Of a stretch of 16,872 nt of DNA, positions 1-7,985 are shown piece by piece (position 1 is the stretch's first letter; each line of letters starts with the position of its first letter). The notes beneath the pieces are model-generated. The model ran no database searches. It was given only the letters and a program-made list of their open reading frames with translations, and was not told the origin of the DNA. The stretch comes from Candidatus Electronema aureum (GTDB taxonomy: Bacteria; Desulfobacterota; Desulfobulbia; Desulfobulbales; Desulfobulbaceae), in contig NQJD01000044.1 of NCBI GenBank assembly GCA_004284765.1, positions 1-16,872 of the forward strand, given 5' to 3'. The translations under genes were made by a program, and so were the position numbers.

Positions 1-24
1 AACATAATTTGAACCGTCGTATCT

Positions 25-95
25 GTCATTTCGAGCGGAGCGAGAAATCTCACGCCAAGGACGAAGAGGAGATTCCTCGCTCCGCTCGGAATGAC
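25..95. repeat. Imperfect 27-bp inverted repeat / stem-loop element (arms 25-51 and 69-95, 17-nt loop)
   Basis: Arm 1 is gtcatttcgagcggagcgagaaatctc. Arm 2 is gagattcctcgctccgctcggaatgac, its reverse complement apart from 2 transition mismatches that stay G-U compatible in RNA. Translating it yields the low-complexity track ORFs 9..290 and 91..303. Confidence 0.75.
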
Positions 96-348
96 ATTCA
101 AGTTCACTTTATGCTGCTTCAGCTATATCGGGGAAGAACTGCAAAGCCTTGGCGCAGGGCGGCCCGCCGAAATTCGAGACCATCAGAAAGGTGGTGGAGG
201 TGCTTGGCTGCAAGCTGGGCATCGTCTGACCTTGGAGCCTTCCTCACAGCCTGCTTGCCAAAATCCCCGCAAAAGAGTATCCTTGCCTGAAATCACTGAC
301 TGAACGCTGCCTGAACGCCTTCGCAACTCTTAACTGCGCGCCCGAACT

Positions 349-1692
349 TTGAATTCCTCCTCCTGCCCCCTTGTTGCCCTGATTGGCCGCCCGAATGTGG
401 GCAAATCTACCCTGTTCAACCGCATCACCCGCAGCCGCGACGCGATTGTTGATCCTACGCCCGGAGTCACCCGCGACCGGCATTACGCCCAAGCAAGCTG
501 GGAAGAGCAATCTTTCATGCTGGTTGACACCGGCGGGATTGAGGATGAAGACAGCGACAACTTCAGTAGCCACATCCGCAATCAGGCCATGCAGGCGATG
601 GAGGAGGCGGATATCATCATTCTGCTTTTGGATGGCCGCCAAGGCGTGATGCCCGGTGATCATGAGTTGGTGAACCTGCTGCGGCGCACCGACAAGACGG
701 TCTTCTTTGCGGTCAACAAGATTGATGCGCCGGATATTGAAGACAGCCTGCTCACTCCGTTCTGGGAGTTGGGTGTTGATCAGCTCTGGGCCTTGTCTGC
801 CGATCACTCCTATGGTTTCGGCACGTTGATGACCGCCTTGGCCGAGAAGCTGGGTAAAACCGAAGCACCACCGGAACTGCCGGAAAGCACTATCCGACTT
901 GCCTTTCTTGGTCGGCCCAATGTGGGCAAGTCCTCGATGATCAACGCGATCATGGGCCAGGAGCGGATGATCGTCTCTGAGGTTGCTGGTACGACCCGCG
1001 ATTCGGTTGATACCCTGCTGACTCGTGATGAATACAGCTACCTGCTTATTGACACCGCAGGCATTCGCCGCAAGGGTAAGACGCATGACAAGCTGGAGAA
1101 GTTCTCCATTCTCAAGGCTCTGAAATCCCTGACCCGCTGCGACATCGCTGCGGTGCTGATTGATGCGGAAGAAGGTATCACCGAGCAGGACACCAAAGTG
1201 ATCGGCTACACCCAAGAACAGGGCCGCGCTCTGCTCCTCCTGATTAACAAGTGGGACATGATTCAGGATGACAAGAAGCGGCAGACCCAGCTCTTGGAGG
1301 CGGTTCAGGAGGCAACCAAGTTCATCCCCTTTGCGCCGGTGTTAAAAGTCTCGGCTAAAACCGGTTCTGGCATCAAACGCATATTCCCAGAGATCGGCAA
1401 GATGCACCGCCAGTTCCATCAGCGTTTTCCTACTGCTGCCCTCAACCGGCTTTTAGAAGCAGCCACCACAGGCCACGAACCGCCTATGTATCAAGGGCGC
1501 AGACTCAAGCTCTACTACACCGCCCAAATCAGCAGCGCACCTCCTACCTTTGCCGTGATCGCTAATTTCCCCAAAGGCATTCATTTTTCCTACCAACGCT
1601 ATCTCGCTAACCGCTTCCGGGAAGGTCTGGGGTTGGACCGCGTACCCGTGCGGCTTCTTTTCCGAGAGCGAAGCGGTAGGACTAAAGGTTGA
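349..1692 (+). CDS. der: Ribosome-associated GTPase Der/EngA (double GTPase domain)
   Basis: 447-aa ORF with two tandem P-loop GTPase domains: G1 GRPNVGKST and GRPNVGKSS, G3 DTGG and DTAG, G4 NKID and NKWD, followed by a C-terminal KH-like tail. This layout is diagnostic of Der. The only in-frame start upstream of the first P-loop is TTG at 349, with no clear SD, so the 5' end is less certain. Confidence 0.93.
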   Translation: MNSSSCPLVALIGRPNVGKSTLFNRITRSRDAIVDPTPGVTRDRHYAQASWEEQSFMLVDTGGIEDEDSDNFSSHIRNQAMQAMEEADIIILLLDGRQGVMPGDHELVNLLRRTDKTVFFAVNKIDAPDIEDSLLTPFWELGVDQLWALSADHSYGFGTLMTALAEKLGKTEAPPELPESTIRLAFLGRPNVGKSSMINAIMGQERMIVSEVAGTTRDSVDTLLTRDEYSYLLIDTAGIRRKGKTHDKLEKFSILKALKSLTRCDIAAVLIDAEEGITEQDTKVIGYTQEQGRALLLLINKWDMIQDDKKRQTQLLEAVQEATKFIPFAPVLKVSAKTGSGIKRIFPEIGKMHRQFHQRFPTAALNRLLEAATTGHEPPMYQGRRLKLYYTAQISSAPPTFAVIANFPKGIHFSYQRYLANRFREGLGLDRVPVRLLFRERSGRTKG

Positions 1693-2049
1693 TGTAAGAG
1701 TTCATCGCTTGGTATGCCCGAAACAGAGCCAGTTTTTCTGTGACGGGCAAGCAGTACCTATTTCTTGCGGATTACTTTTCTGCTTTCTCCCTTTCTTCTG
1801 CTGCTCTTGCAGGGGAACTCTTGCAAAATTGCTGTTTTTTTGAACCATCTCTTTCCCAACCTGCTAATTTTCGTGACATTGCAATAAAACTTGGTAAAAT
1901 GATTGAGAAATACTGTGCAACTTATATCTGTGCAGAAAAGTCAATACCAATCAGGAAAAATCATGGAGACCAAGTTAGGAAGCTTAACCAAGCGGAATTC
2001 AGAGCTAACAAGTGCATCCAGCAAGAAGACCGAACAGGAGGCTGCCTGA

Positions 2050-2835
2050 ATGATGCTCTCAACCTTGCCCAATTCCATGACTGGAAACCTTATCGGGCAA
2101 CAAACCCCAGATGGGCAAAACATAGTAGGCAGCATCGGGAAAAATCTGGAGCAATATTTCACCGATATAGCTGCCCGCTGCCCTTACGAGCAGCCGCGCA
2201 AGGCTGTTTATCACCAAGCAGTATTTGGTTCTTTGACAGACTCCACAGTGGGCCTGTTTTTTGAAAATGGGTATCGCCGTAACGGTAACTGCATGTATTC
2301 TATGCGCTGCCCACGATGTAACGAGTGCGTCCCTATTCGTTTGGATCCGAGTGAATTTATTCCCAACCGCAACCAGAAGCGAGTTTGGAAAAAAAATCAC
2401 GATGTTTCAGTTGGTTTAGCACCAGTGACCATGTCTGATGAAAACCTTGATCTGTTGACCAAATTTCTGAATGCTCGCTTCCCAGACGGCAAAACAGACC
2501 CAGAGAGCTATTATACTGGTTTTTTTATCACTTCGATGACGAAGTGTTTTGAAATCCGCTACCGAACAGAAAACAACCGGCTCTTGGGTGTGGCGGTGAT
2601 TGACTGTTCAGATCAGTGGTTAAATGCAGTGTATTTCTATTTTGACCCAGACCAGTCCCAACGCAGCCCAGGCACGTTGAATATTCTCTATTTGTTGGAT
2701 TTTTGCCGCAGGCACGGCATCCGTAGCCTGTATCTCGGTTATTGGATCAAACGGCTCAAAGGAATGCAGTACAAGTCTGATTTCCTGCCTCATGAAATTT
2801 TGATCGATGGTTCGTGGCAGCACGTAGCAAAGTGA
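2050..2835 (+). CDS. bpt: Aspartate/glutamate leucyltransferase (arginyl-tRNA-protein transferase family, bacterial Bpt)
   Basis: 261-aa ORF with AGGAGG 8 nt upstream of ATG 2050. The motif block ENGYRRNGNCMYSMRCPRCNECVPIRLDPSEFIPNRNQKRVWKKN matches the conserved GxRRxG...C..C..C.P.R...F...R.Q.R..K.N signature of ATE/Bpt N-end-rule transferases. Confidence 0.85.
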   Translation: MMLSTLPNSMTGNLIGQQTPDGQNIVGSIGKNLEQYFTDIAARCPYEQPRKAVYHQAVFGSLTDSTVGLFFENGYRRNGNCMYSMRCPRCNECVPIRLDPSEFIPNRNQKRVWKKNHDVSVGLAPVTMSDENLDLLTKFLNARFPDGKTDPESYYTGFFITSMTKCFEIRYRTENNRLLGVAVIDCSDQWLNAVYFYFDPDQSQRSPGTLNILYLLDFCRRHGIRSLYLGYWIKRLKGMQYKSDFLPHEILIDGSWQHVAK

Positions 2836-2917
2836 TGTTGACAAAAAGAGGAGATAGAAAAATTCCTCTGAGACTAAAAACTACAGATCATCCCCCTGAA
2901 AATAAGGAGATTACACT

Positions 2918-3400
2918 ATGCAAGAAGTTAAAACCGTTATCACGCCAGTAGATTTTTCGGACAACGCTAAGATGATTGCCGAATCTGCCATGTATATGGC
3001 AGGCAAGTTTGGAGCTGAATTGCACTTAGTTTTTGTGGTGCAAAATTTCGAGGATTATTCCGGCTTCTTTGTTCCACCGGTCAATCTGCCTAATTTGGAA
3101 AAAGAGCTACTTGAGTCTGCCCAGCAGAAGATGGAAGAGTTTGCCGAAGAATACCGAGAAAAAGCTGTAGCTGCTGGAGTAAAGGCTTTGCATAGCAAGG
3201 TACTCACGGGCGATGTGTCTGAGGAGCTTCTTCAGTATGCCCAAGATGTCCGCAGTAACCTCATTATCATGGGTACCCACGGCTATAAAGGCTTAGAACG
3301 AATCATGTTCGGCAGTGTGGCGGATAAGGTGGTGAAAACCGCCTGCTGTCCGGTCATGACGATCAATCCCTACCGAAAGGACTACGGGGAAAAGGCATAA
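2918..3400 (+). CDS. Universal stress protein (UspA family)
   Basis: 160-aa ORF with AAGGAGA (2904-2910) 7 nt upstream of the ATG. The N-terminus I(T)PVDFSD and the C-terminal ATP-binding motif MGTHGYKGLERIMFGSVADKVVKTACCPVM are typical of the Usp fold. Confidence 0.88.
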   Translation: MQEVKTVITPVDFSDNAKMIAESAMYMAGKFGAELHLVFVVQNFEDYSGFFVPPVNLPNLEKELLESAQQKMEEFAEEYREKAVAAGVKALHSKVLTGDVSEELLQYAQDVRSNLIIMGTHGYKGLERIMFGSVADKVVKTACCPVMTINPYRKDYGEKA

Positions 3401-3407
3401 GAAATAA

Positions 3408-3448
3408 ACATGTAGCGGTGGTGCAGATGCGTTTCCACCGCTACATGT
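3408..3448. terminator. Bidirectional hairpin terminator between convergent usp and binding-protein genes
   Basis: Perfect 14-bp stem: acatgtagcggtgg (3408-3421) pairs with ccaccgctacatgt (3435-3448), with a 13-nt loop. It lies in the 61-bp gap between the convergent stops at 3400 and 3462. Confidence 0.7.
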
Positions 3449-3461
3449 TATGAGAGTGCCT

Positions 3462-4337
3462 TCACTGCACTGCTGTTTTCAGTTCTGGATTAATCAGCTT
3501 TGCAATAATTGAAAGCGTGTTAGCAAAAGTAGCTGGTGAAGGACTACAGACTAAATCAGGGCTGATCACGTGTACCTGTTTATTCTGTACTGCGCTGACA
3601 AAGGGAAAACGTTGCCATTTTTCTTTCTCCTGTCGGGCAATGCCAGTCTCGCTACCCATCATGGCAATAAGAATAACATCTGGGTTCCGCTCAAGAACTT
3701 TTTCAAAACTTGTTGCCCCAGCTGTCTGATCCTCAAGCACATTTATTCCACCACTCAGAGCTATATAATCCTGAGTAAAAGAATCTTTTGCCGCACCAAA
3801 GAGCGGAGTAGCTCCGATTTGCAAAAAAACGTTACGGCGGGGCAGTGAAGCACTTTGAGCCGTAATCGCCTTCACCTTGCTTTTTGCCTGTCGGACTATC
3901 TCCTCAGCTCGCTGTTCTAATCCCAGCAATTTACCGATTTCAAGAAATTGGTTACATATCTCCGCAAAGGAAGCGGGCTGACGGAATTGCACAACCTTCA
4001 TGCCCAGCTTGCGCAGCTTCTCTATCTGCGGTGGTGAGGTCAAGCCTGTAGCCAAGATCAGATCAGGATGCAGACTTAGTATTTTTTCAACTGAGAACTG
4101 CATGACTGAACCGATCTTCGCCTTTTCTTTTGCCGCTGCCGGGCGAACACAATAACTCGTCGTGCCGACTAAGTGTTCACCCGCGCCGAGGAGAAAGACA
4201 TTTTCGGTGTTCATTGGACCGAGCGAGACAATCCGCTGCGGAAATGGCGCATTGCTGTCTTCTGCTACCGAACTATGAGGTGATAGAAGATGGCAAGACA
4301 GCAGCATAAGAACAGCGGCAAAAAGAAAATATCTCAT
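3462..4337 (-). CDS. ABC-type periplasmic substrate-binding protein, cobalamin/Fe-chelate class (BtuF-like)
   Basis: 291-aa ORF with signal peptide MRYFLFAAVLMLLSCHLL. The RIVSLGPMNTENVFLLGAGEHLVGTTSYC opening and the ...DVILIAMMG... block fit the class III (Peripla_BP_2-type) binding-protein pattern. The start lies 3 nt after the receptor stop, so it belongs to the same riboswitch-controlled operon. Confidence 0.78.
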   Translation of the reverse strand: MRYFLFAAVLMLLSCHLLSPHSSVAEDSNAPFPQRIVSLGPMNTENVFLLGAGEHLVGTTSYCVRPAAAKEKAKIGSVMQFSVEKILSLHPDLILATGLTSPPQIEKLRKLGMKVVQFRQPASFAEICNQFLEIGKLLGLEQRAEEIVRQAKSKVKAITAQSASLPRRNVFLQIGATPLFGAAKDSFTQDYIALSGGINVLEDQTAGATSFEKVLERNPDVILIAMMGSETGIARQEKEKWQRFPFVSAVQNKQVHVISPDLVCSPSPATFANTLSIIAKLINPELKTAVQ

Positions 4338-4340
4338 GGC

Positions 4341-6308
4341 TTAATATTCCCAGCGCAGAGCAGCAAAGAAACTGCGCCCCGGTAGCGGATATCCTTTAAT
4401 ATACGCATAGTCTTCATCAAAGAGATTACGCGCCTCGCCGCGCAAACTGAAAGCACCAAGTTGATCATTCTGGTAAAAACGCCACGAAGCAGTTGCATCT
4501 GTCACGGTACTGGCATCCAGCTCAACCAAGGGGACAGGGGATGCCACTGATTCCCAATCCTGCACTAACTGACTTCCCATATAGGCAATATTGAGCCGGA
4601 AAGAAAGACCATCGCCGTTATCAGCTATCAGCCCAGCTGAAATATTTGAGTCGCTGATCTGCTGCAAGTCCTCGCCCGTTGTCTCGTCTTCGTATTCAGT
4701 CAGAAGCGTCAGGTTCAGATAAGGACGAAGTTCCCAGCTCCAACCCATCAGCAAACCAAGATCATAAGAGAATTCACCTTCAAAGCCAGCAATGGTTGCA
4801 TCACCGAGATTCTTCCACGTTCTGGTGCCGTTATCAAGCGCATCAACAATGATTTTATCCTCGAAATCCGTATGAAAACCAGTGAGGGTTGCGTTGAAAC
4901 TGCTGCGACTGAAATCTACGCCAAGCTCGTAGGTGCTGTTTGTTTCAGGCTCAAGATCAGGATTACCTACCGTCCGAGTGCCGAAATTTGTGAAATCAGC
5001 AGAGAGCTGATCTGCTGAAGGCAGCATAAATCCTTGTGCGTACTGCGTTCGCAGCTTGAATTCTTTGGTGATCATCCACGCGAGACCTACTTGCGGGGTA
5101 AAGTGGCTGGCATCAGCATCTCTGCCAACAGGTTCGTTGACCTTCACTTGATACCAATCATGCCGAAGCCCTGCGCTGATCGTCAGTTGCTCATCGAAGA
5201 GACTGTTTTTGCCGAGAAGAAATACCGCCGGATTCGCATAGTCAGCAGCATTTGGAGTCCACGTGTTTTCAACTTCATAATCTAACCAATCAAATCCACC
5301 GGTGAGCAAAGCAGAGCCAAACTGACCGCTCAGATGTGCCTGCGCACCCTGCTGATTGGTCTTGTTTTTCGAGATTGTATCGTCATCCCAGCCGTCTGGA
5401 TTAGAAGCAGAGCCATCAAACCAAGAGTTGTTGTCTTGACCAAAAAAGTAGCGCGCCATCCACTGATACGGAGCTGTGGCAGACTTGCCGGTGTAGCTGA
5501 AATCAACCGAATAATTGTCTTTATCGGTACGGTCGTCCAGATCATTTTGGTTCAAATAACCGGGACTGCCTGCATCATCGATGTCCGAACCAGTGAAGAT
5601 CAGACCTAAGCGATTGTTCTCAGCAAACGACCACCCTGCGTTCATGCTCACATCACGTTGCTGATTGGCAGTATTACCGTAGTTCCGCCCGCTGCCGGTT
5701 TTGTAATCATCCTGTTCAGAATGAGAAACGCTGCCAGAAAAATCAAAGCTATCGGCTACGGTTGTACCACCGATGCTGAGTTTATGCGCAGCAAAGGAAC
5801 CTGCGCCGCCTTCCATGAACAAGGATTTTCCCTTAGCCCGACGAGTGATGACGTTGATCACGCCACCCATGCCAGCAGAACCGTACTGCACTGCTCCCGG
5901 CCCCCGGATGATCTCAATTCGTTCAACATTTTCGGTAAGCAACTTAGCAGCATTACCGGTTCCTGCACGACGACCGTTAAGCAAAATCAGCACATGTCCT
6001 TGGAGATCGTTACCGTGGGTATCCGTGCGGAAGCCACGTAGGCCAACAACGGTCATGCCACCAGGATAGGTACGAATCGTACCAACTGCCTTCTCGGTCA
6101 GTAGATCACCCAAATTGCGGCTGGCTGACTGCTGGATATCTTCTTGCGTGATCACTGTGACATTCGCACTGACCGTCTTTCTACTTTCCTCAGTACGTGA
6201 GGCGGTGACCACTACCTCATCCATCAGTACCGGAGCTGTAGCAAAGGATTCTGCGGCACATGCAACGGCCAGCAAAGGACAAACCAGAACAACATGACGA
6301 TGTTTCAT
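4341..6308 (-). CDS. btuB: TonB-dependent outer-membrane receptor, cobalamin-type (BtuB-like)
   Basis: ATG at 6308 is preceded by GAGGAGA. Signal peptide is MKHRHVVLVCPLLAVACAAESFA, with a TonB-box-like DEVVVTASR. Plug motifs are present (RIEIIRGPGAVQYGS), and the C-terminus ends in the aromatic ...AALRWEY typical of OM barrels. The gene lies directly downstream of a cobalamin riboswitch. The track ORF runs up to 6545, but that extension is the riboswitch leader. Confidence 0.88.
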   Translation of the reverse strand: MKHRHVVLVCPLLAVACAAESFATAPVLMDEVVVTASRTEESRKTVSANVTVITQEDIQQSASRNLGDLLTEKAVGTIRTYPGGMTVVGLRGFRTDTHGNDLQGHVLILLNGRRAGTGNAAKLLTENVERIEIIRGPGAVQYGSAGMGGVINVITRRAKGKSLFMEGGAGSFAAHKLSIGGTTVADSFDFSGSVSHSEQDDYKTGSGRNYGNTANQQRDVSMNAGWSFAENNRLGLIFTGSDIDDAGSPGYLNQNDLDDRTDKDNYSVDFSYTGKSATAPYQWMARYFFGQDNNSWFDGSASNPDGWDDDTISKNKTNQQGAQAHLSGQFGSALLTGGFDWLDYEVENTWTPNAADYANPAVFLLGKNSLFDEQLTISAGLRHDWYQVKVNEPVGRDADASHFTPQVGLAWMITKEFKLRTQYAQGFMLPSADQLSADFTNFGTRTVGNPDLEPETNSTYELGVDFSRSSFNATLTGFHTDFEDKIIVDALDNGTRTWKNLGDATIAGFEGEFSYDLGLLMGWSWELRPYLNLTLLTEYEDETTGEDLQQISDSNISAGLIADNGDGLSFRLNIAYMGSQLVQDWESVASPVPLVELDASTVTDATASWRFYQNDQLGAFSLRGEARNLFDEDYAYIKGYPLPGRSFFAALRWEY

Positions 6309-6340
6309 TCTCTCCTCGTTTTGTTTTGTCCGGGGAAAGA

Positions 6341-6380
6341 ATAAAAAAATCCCCGAACCAATTAAAGAATTGATCCGGGG
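6341..6380 (-). terminator. Intrinsic terminator forming the riboswitch expression platform
   Basis: The minus strand reads ccccggatcaatt-cttt-aattggttcgggg, a 13-bp stem that includes 2 G-U pairs. It is followed by ATTTTTTTATT and sits about 35 nt upstream of the btuB SD and ATG. Confidence 0.8.
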
Positions 6381-6695
6381 ATGCCCTTGTTTATCCGCAG
6401 ATACAGCGTGAGAATCTCTTATCCACGAAGATTCTCGCAGCAGAAGCCGTTCGTTACCATAGTTATAGCAACGCACTTTTCTACCCAGCGCAGACACTGC
6501 TGCGCTCGTTTTCAGGCAGGTCTTCTGACTTCTCTGCCCGTTCAACGGCCTTCCCGCCTATATTCTACAGACAGTGGCACACAAGGTTGAACAAGTTCCC
6601 TACTGCAAACAGCAAGGACAGAGTCACAGCGGCGGGCCCGTTCCGGTTTCGCACCGGATTCCCTTTTCATCCGCTTGCGCGGAACCTGAAAACAA
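6381..6695 (-). promoter_or_regulatory. Cobalamin (B12) riboswitch aptamer plus linker
   Basis: Minus-strand reading: ggttcc..gcgg atgAAAAGGGAAtCCGGTGcGAAAcCGGaaCGGgCCCGCCGCTGTga ... GCCACTGt...GGCGGGAAGGCc ... AGTCAGAAGACCTGCC. The last block is the B12 box, at 6515-6530. These are the conserved core blocks of the cobalamin riboswitch family. Confidence 0.88.
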
Positions 6696-6699
6696 TCGC

Positions 6700-6727
6700 A
6701 CTATACCAAAGATTGATGCAGTGTCAA
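6700..6727 (-). promoter_or_regulatory. Sigma70-type promoter driving the riboswitch-btuB operon
   Basis: On the minus strand, TTGACA (6727-6722), a 16-nt spacer and TATAGT (6705-6700). The riboswitch begins a few nt downstream. Confidence 0.7.
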
Positions 6728-6780
6728 TAAGGATTTTGCTCTTGCTTGTTCGTTCTTGATCAGCAACCAGCATTGCCAGC

Positions 6781-7158
6781 TTACCGCCCAAAACCCCATG
6801 AAAAAGAAGCCTTCAGCCAATCGCCACCACCAGCTCGAACACCTGCGAACATGGTTTCAGCCATACCTGTTGAACCCATGATTCTGGCCACCTCAATCAT
6901 TAATTCAGCATCTGCGATCAAACGCTCTACCTCCTCACCGGGGTAGCCTGCCCAATATTTTAAATCATGCTTGAAGCAGGCTGGATACAAGTCAAAGCCT
7001 TGCCATTTATCGAACCAGAATGAGCAGCCATCAGACTTGAATGGCTTTGGCGGAGGATTCTTTTCAATCTTAGCCAACAGCTCATGTAGATGAAAATATC
7101 TGCACAGTTCTCTTATCTGTGCTAAGGGAACTACAGTTCCTGCCTTTGGAATATTCAT
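6781..7158 (-). CDS. Leaderless phospholipase-A2-like protein (prokaryotic/group XIV PLA2 or DUF1353-type His-Asp motif)
   Basis: 125-aa ORF. KSDGCSFWFDKWQGFDLYPACFKHDLKYW aligns by eye with the Streptomyces secreted PLA2 block STDLCTQAPDNPFGFPFNTACARHDFGYRNY (recalled from memory). Both share D.C(S/T), GF, AC..HD..Y, and later R(L)I.(D/A) and (A/G)V(K/R)..G. There is no signal peptide and no SD. The start lies 20 nt after the metallophosphoesterase stop. Confidence 0.6.
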   Translation of the reverse strand: MNIPKAGTVVPLAQIRELCRYFHLHELLAKIEKNPPPKPFKSDGCSFWFDKWQGFDLYPACFKHDLKYWAGYPGEEVERLIADAELMIEVARIMGSTGMAETMFAGVRAGGGDWLKASFSWGFGR

Positions 7159-7178
7159 AGCATAATATTGATATTTTT

Positions 7179-7985
7179 CTATGAAATACTAAAATTAGTT
7201 ATAGCATTATGCTGTAAATCAATTACAGGCACAACGAGCTTATCTGCATAATTAGGACGTGGCTCTGTTGTGGAGCCAGAGGCGAATATAACATCAATTC
7301 CGTACTCTTTTTCCCTATTCCCGTCATCTCCATTGAAACGTTTTTCAACATGCTTATGACCAAACAAGACACACTTTACTCGTGATGCACCGCTACTGCC
7401 TTTTTGTTTGATAATACTCTTGAAAGCGTCATCGTCTCTCAGTTGAAGAAAGTTATTGTAGAAAAAAGGATGATGATGTAGTGCTACAATAGCACGTTTG
7501 CCTGTACTGTCAAGATGATATAGGATGTCCTCCAAGGTTTTAAGCTGCTCCGCGCCTATCTCTCCCTGTGCACCCCATGTGTGATTATTCTGCATTTCAG
7601 AGAGCATTGAATCAAGCAGCACGATCGGATAGGTCGTATTGGGATCACAGTATGGATAGGTCAAATGGACATTATCTACTATATATTCCTTAAATCGGTA
7701 AATGCATTTATCTTTTTGAACTATGCCCGAAAAACCGTAGTCATGATTTCCTGGCACAGAAAAAACTTTTAGGTCTCCTGCGTTGAGCTTGTTAATCTGC
7801 ACCTGTGCATCCTGATATTCCTTTGAACGTCCGTTGTGAACAATATCACCTGTAATGATAACATAATCAGCTTGATGCAGATTTTTCTTATTGAGTATCC
7901 AGTTTACAATGGATGAAAAATGCTGCTCTCTAATATTGGTTGCATCTTTACCAACGTGAATATCAGACAGATGGATAATCCTCAT
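7179..7985 (-). CDS. Calcineurin-like metallophosphoesterase (CpdA/Icc-like motif set)
   Basis: 268-aa ORF with GGAGA 7 nt upstream of the ATG. All five MPE motifs occur in order: LSDIHVG, GDIVHNG, GNHD, ALHHHP, GHKH. No signal peptide. The gene is AT-rich. Confidence 0.88.
   Translation of the reverse strand: MRIIHLSDIHVGKDATNIREQHFSSIVNWILNKKNLHQADYVIITGDIVHNGRSKEYQDAQVQINKLNAGDLKVFSVPGNHDYGFSGIVQKDKCIYRFKEYIVDNVHLTYPYCDPNTTYPIVLLDSMLSEMQNNHTWGAQGEIGAEQLKTLEDILYHLDSTGKRAIVALHHHPFFYNNFLQLRDDDAFKSIIKQKGSSGASRVKCVLFGHKHVEKRFNGDDGNREKEYGIDVIFASGSTTEPRPNYADKLVVPVIDLQHNAITNFSIS

Noticed and set aside
9-303. ORFs 9..290 and 91..303
   Set aside because: They are translations through the 25-95 hairpin element and flanking non-coding DNA. 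They are Arg-rich and low-complexity, with non-canonical starts.
244-1215. 323-aa ORF on the minus strand
   Set aside because: It lies entirely antisense to the strongly supported der gene. Its composition is low-complexity and Arg/Gly/Ala-rich, as is typical of shadow frames, and it has no motif or RBS.
1740-2264. 174-aa plus-strand ORF spanning the der-bpt gap
   Set aside because: It starts at GTG with no SD and overlaps the well-supported bpt start in another frame. Its sequence has no family resemblance.
6309-6545. N-terminal 79-aa extension of the TonB-dependent receptor ORF (track start 6545)
   Set aside because: The extension is the translated riboswitch leader and terminator. The real start is ATG 6308, which has an SD and is followed immediately by a signal peptide.
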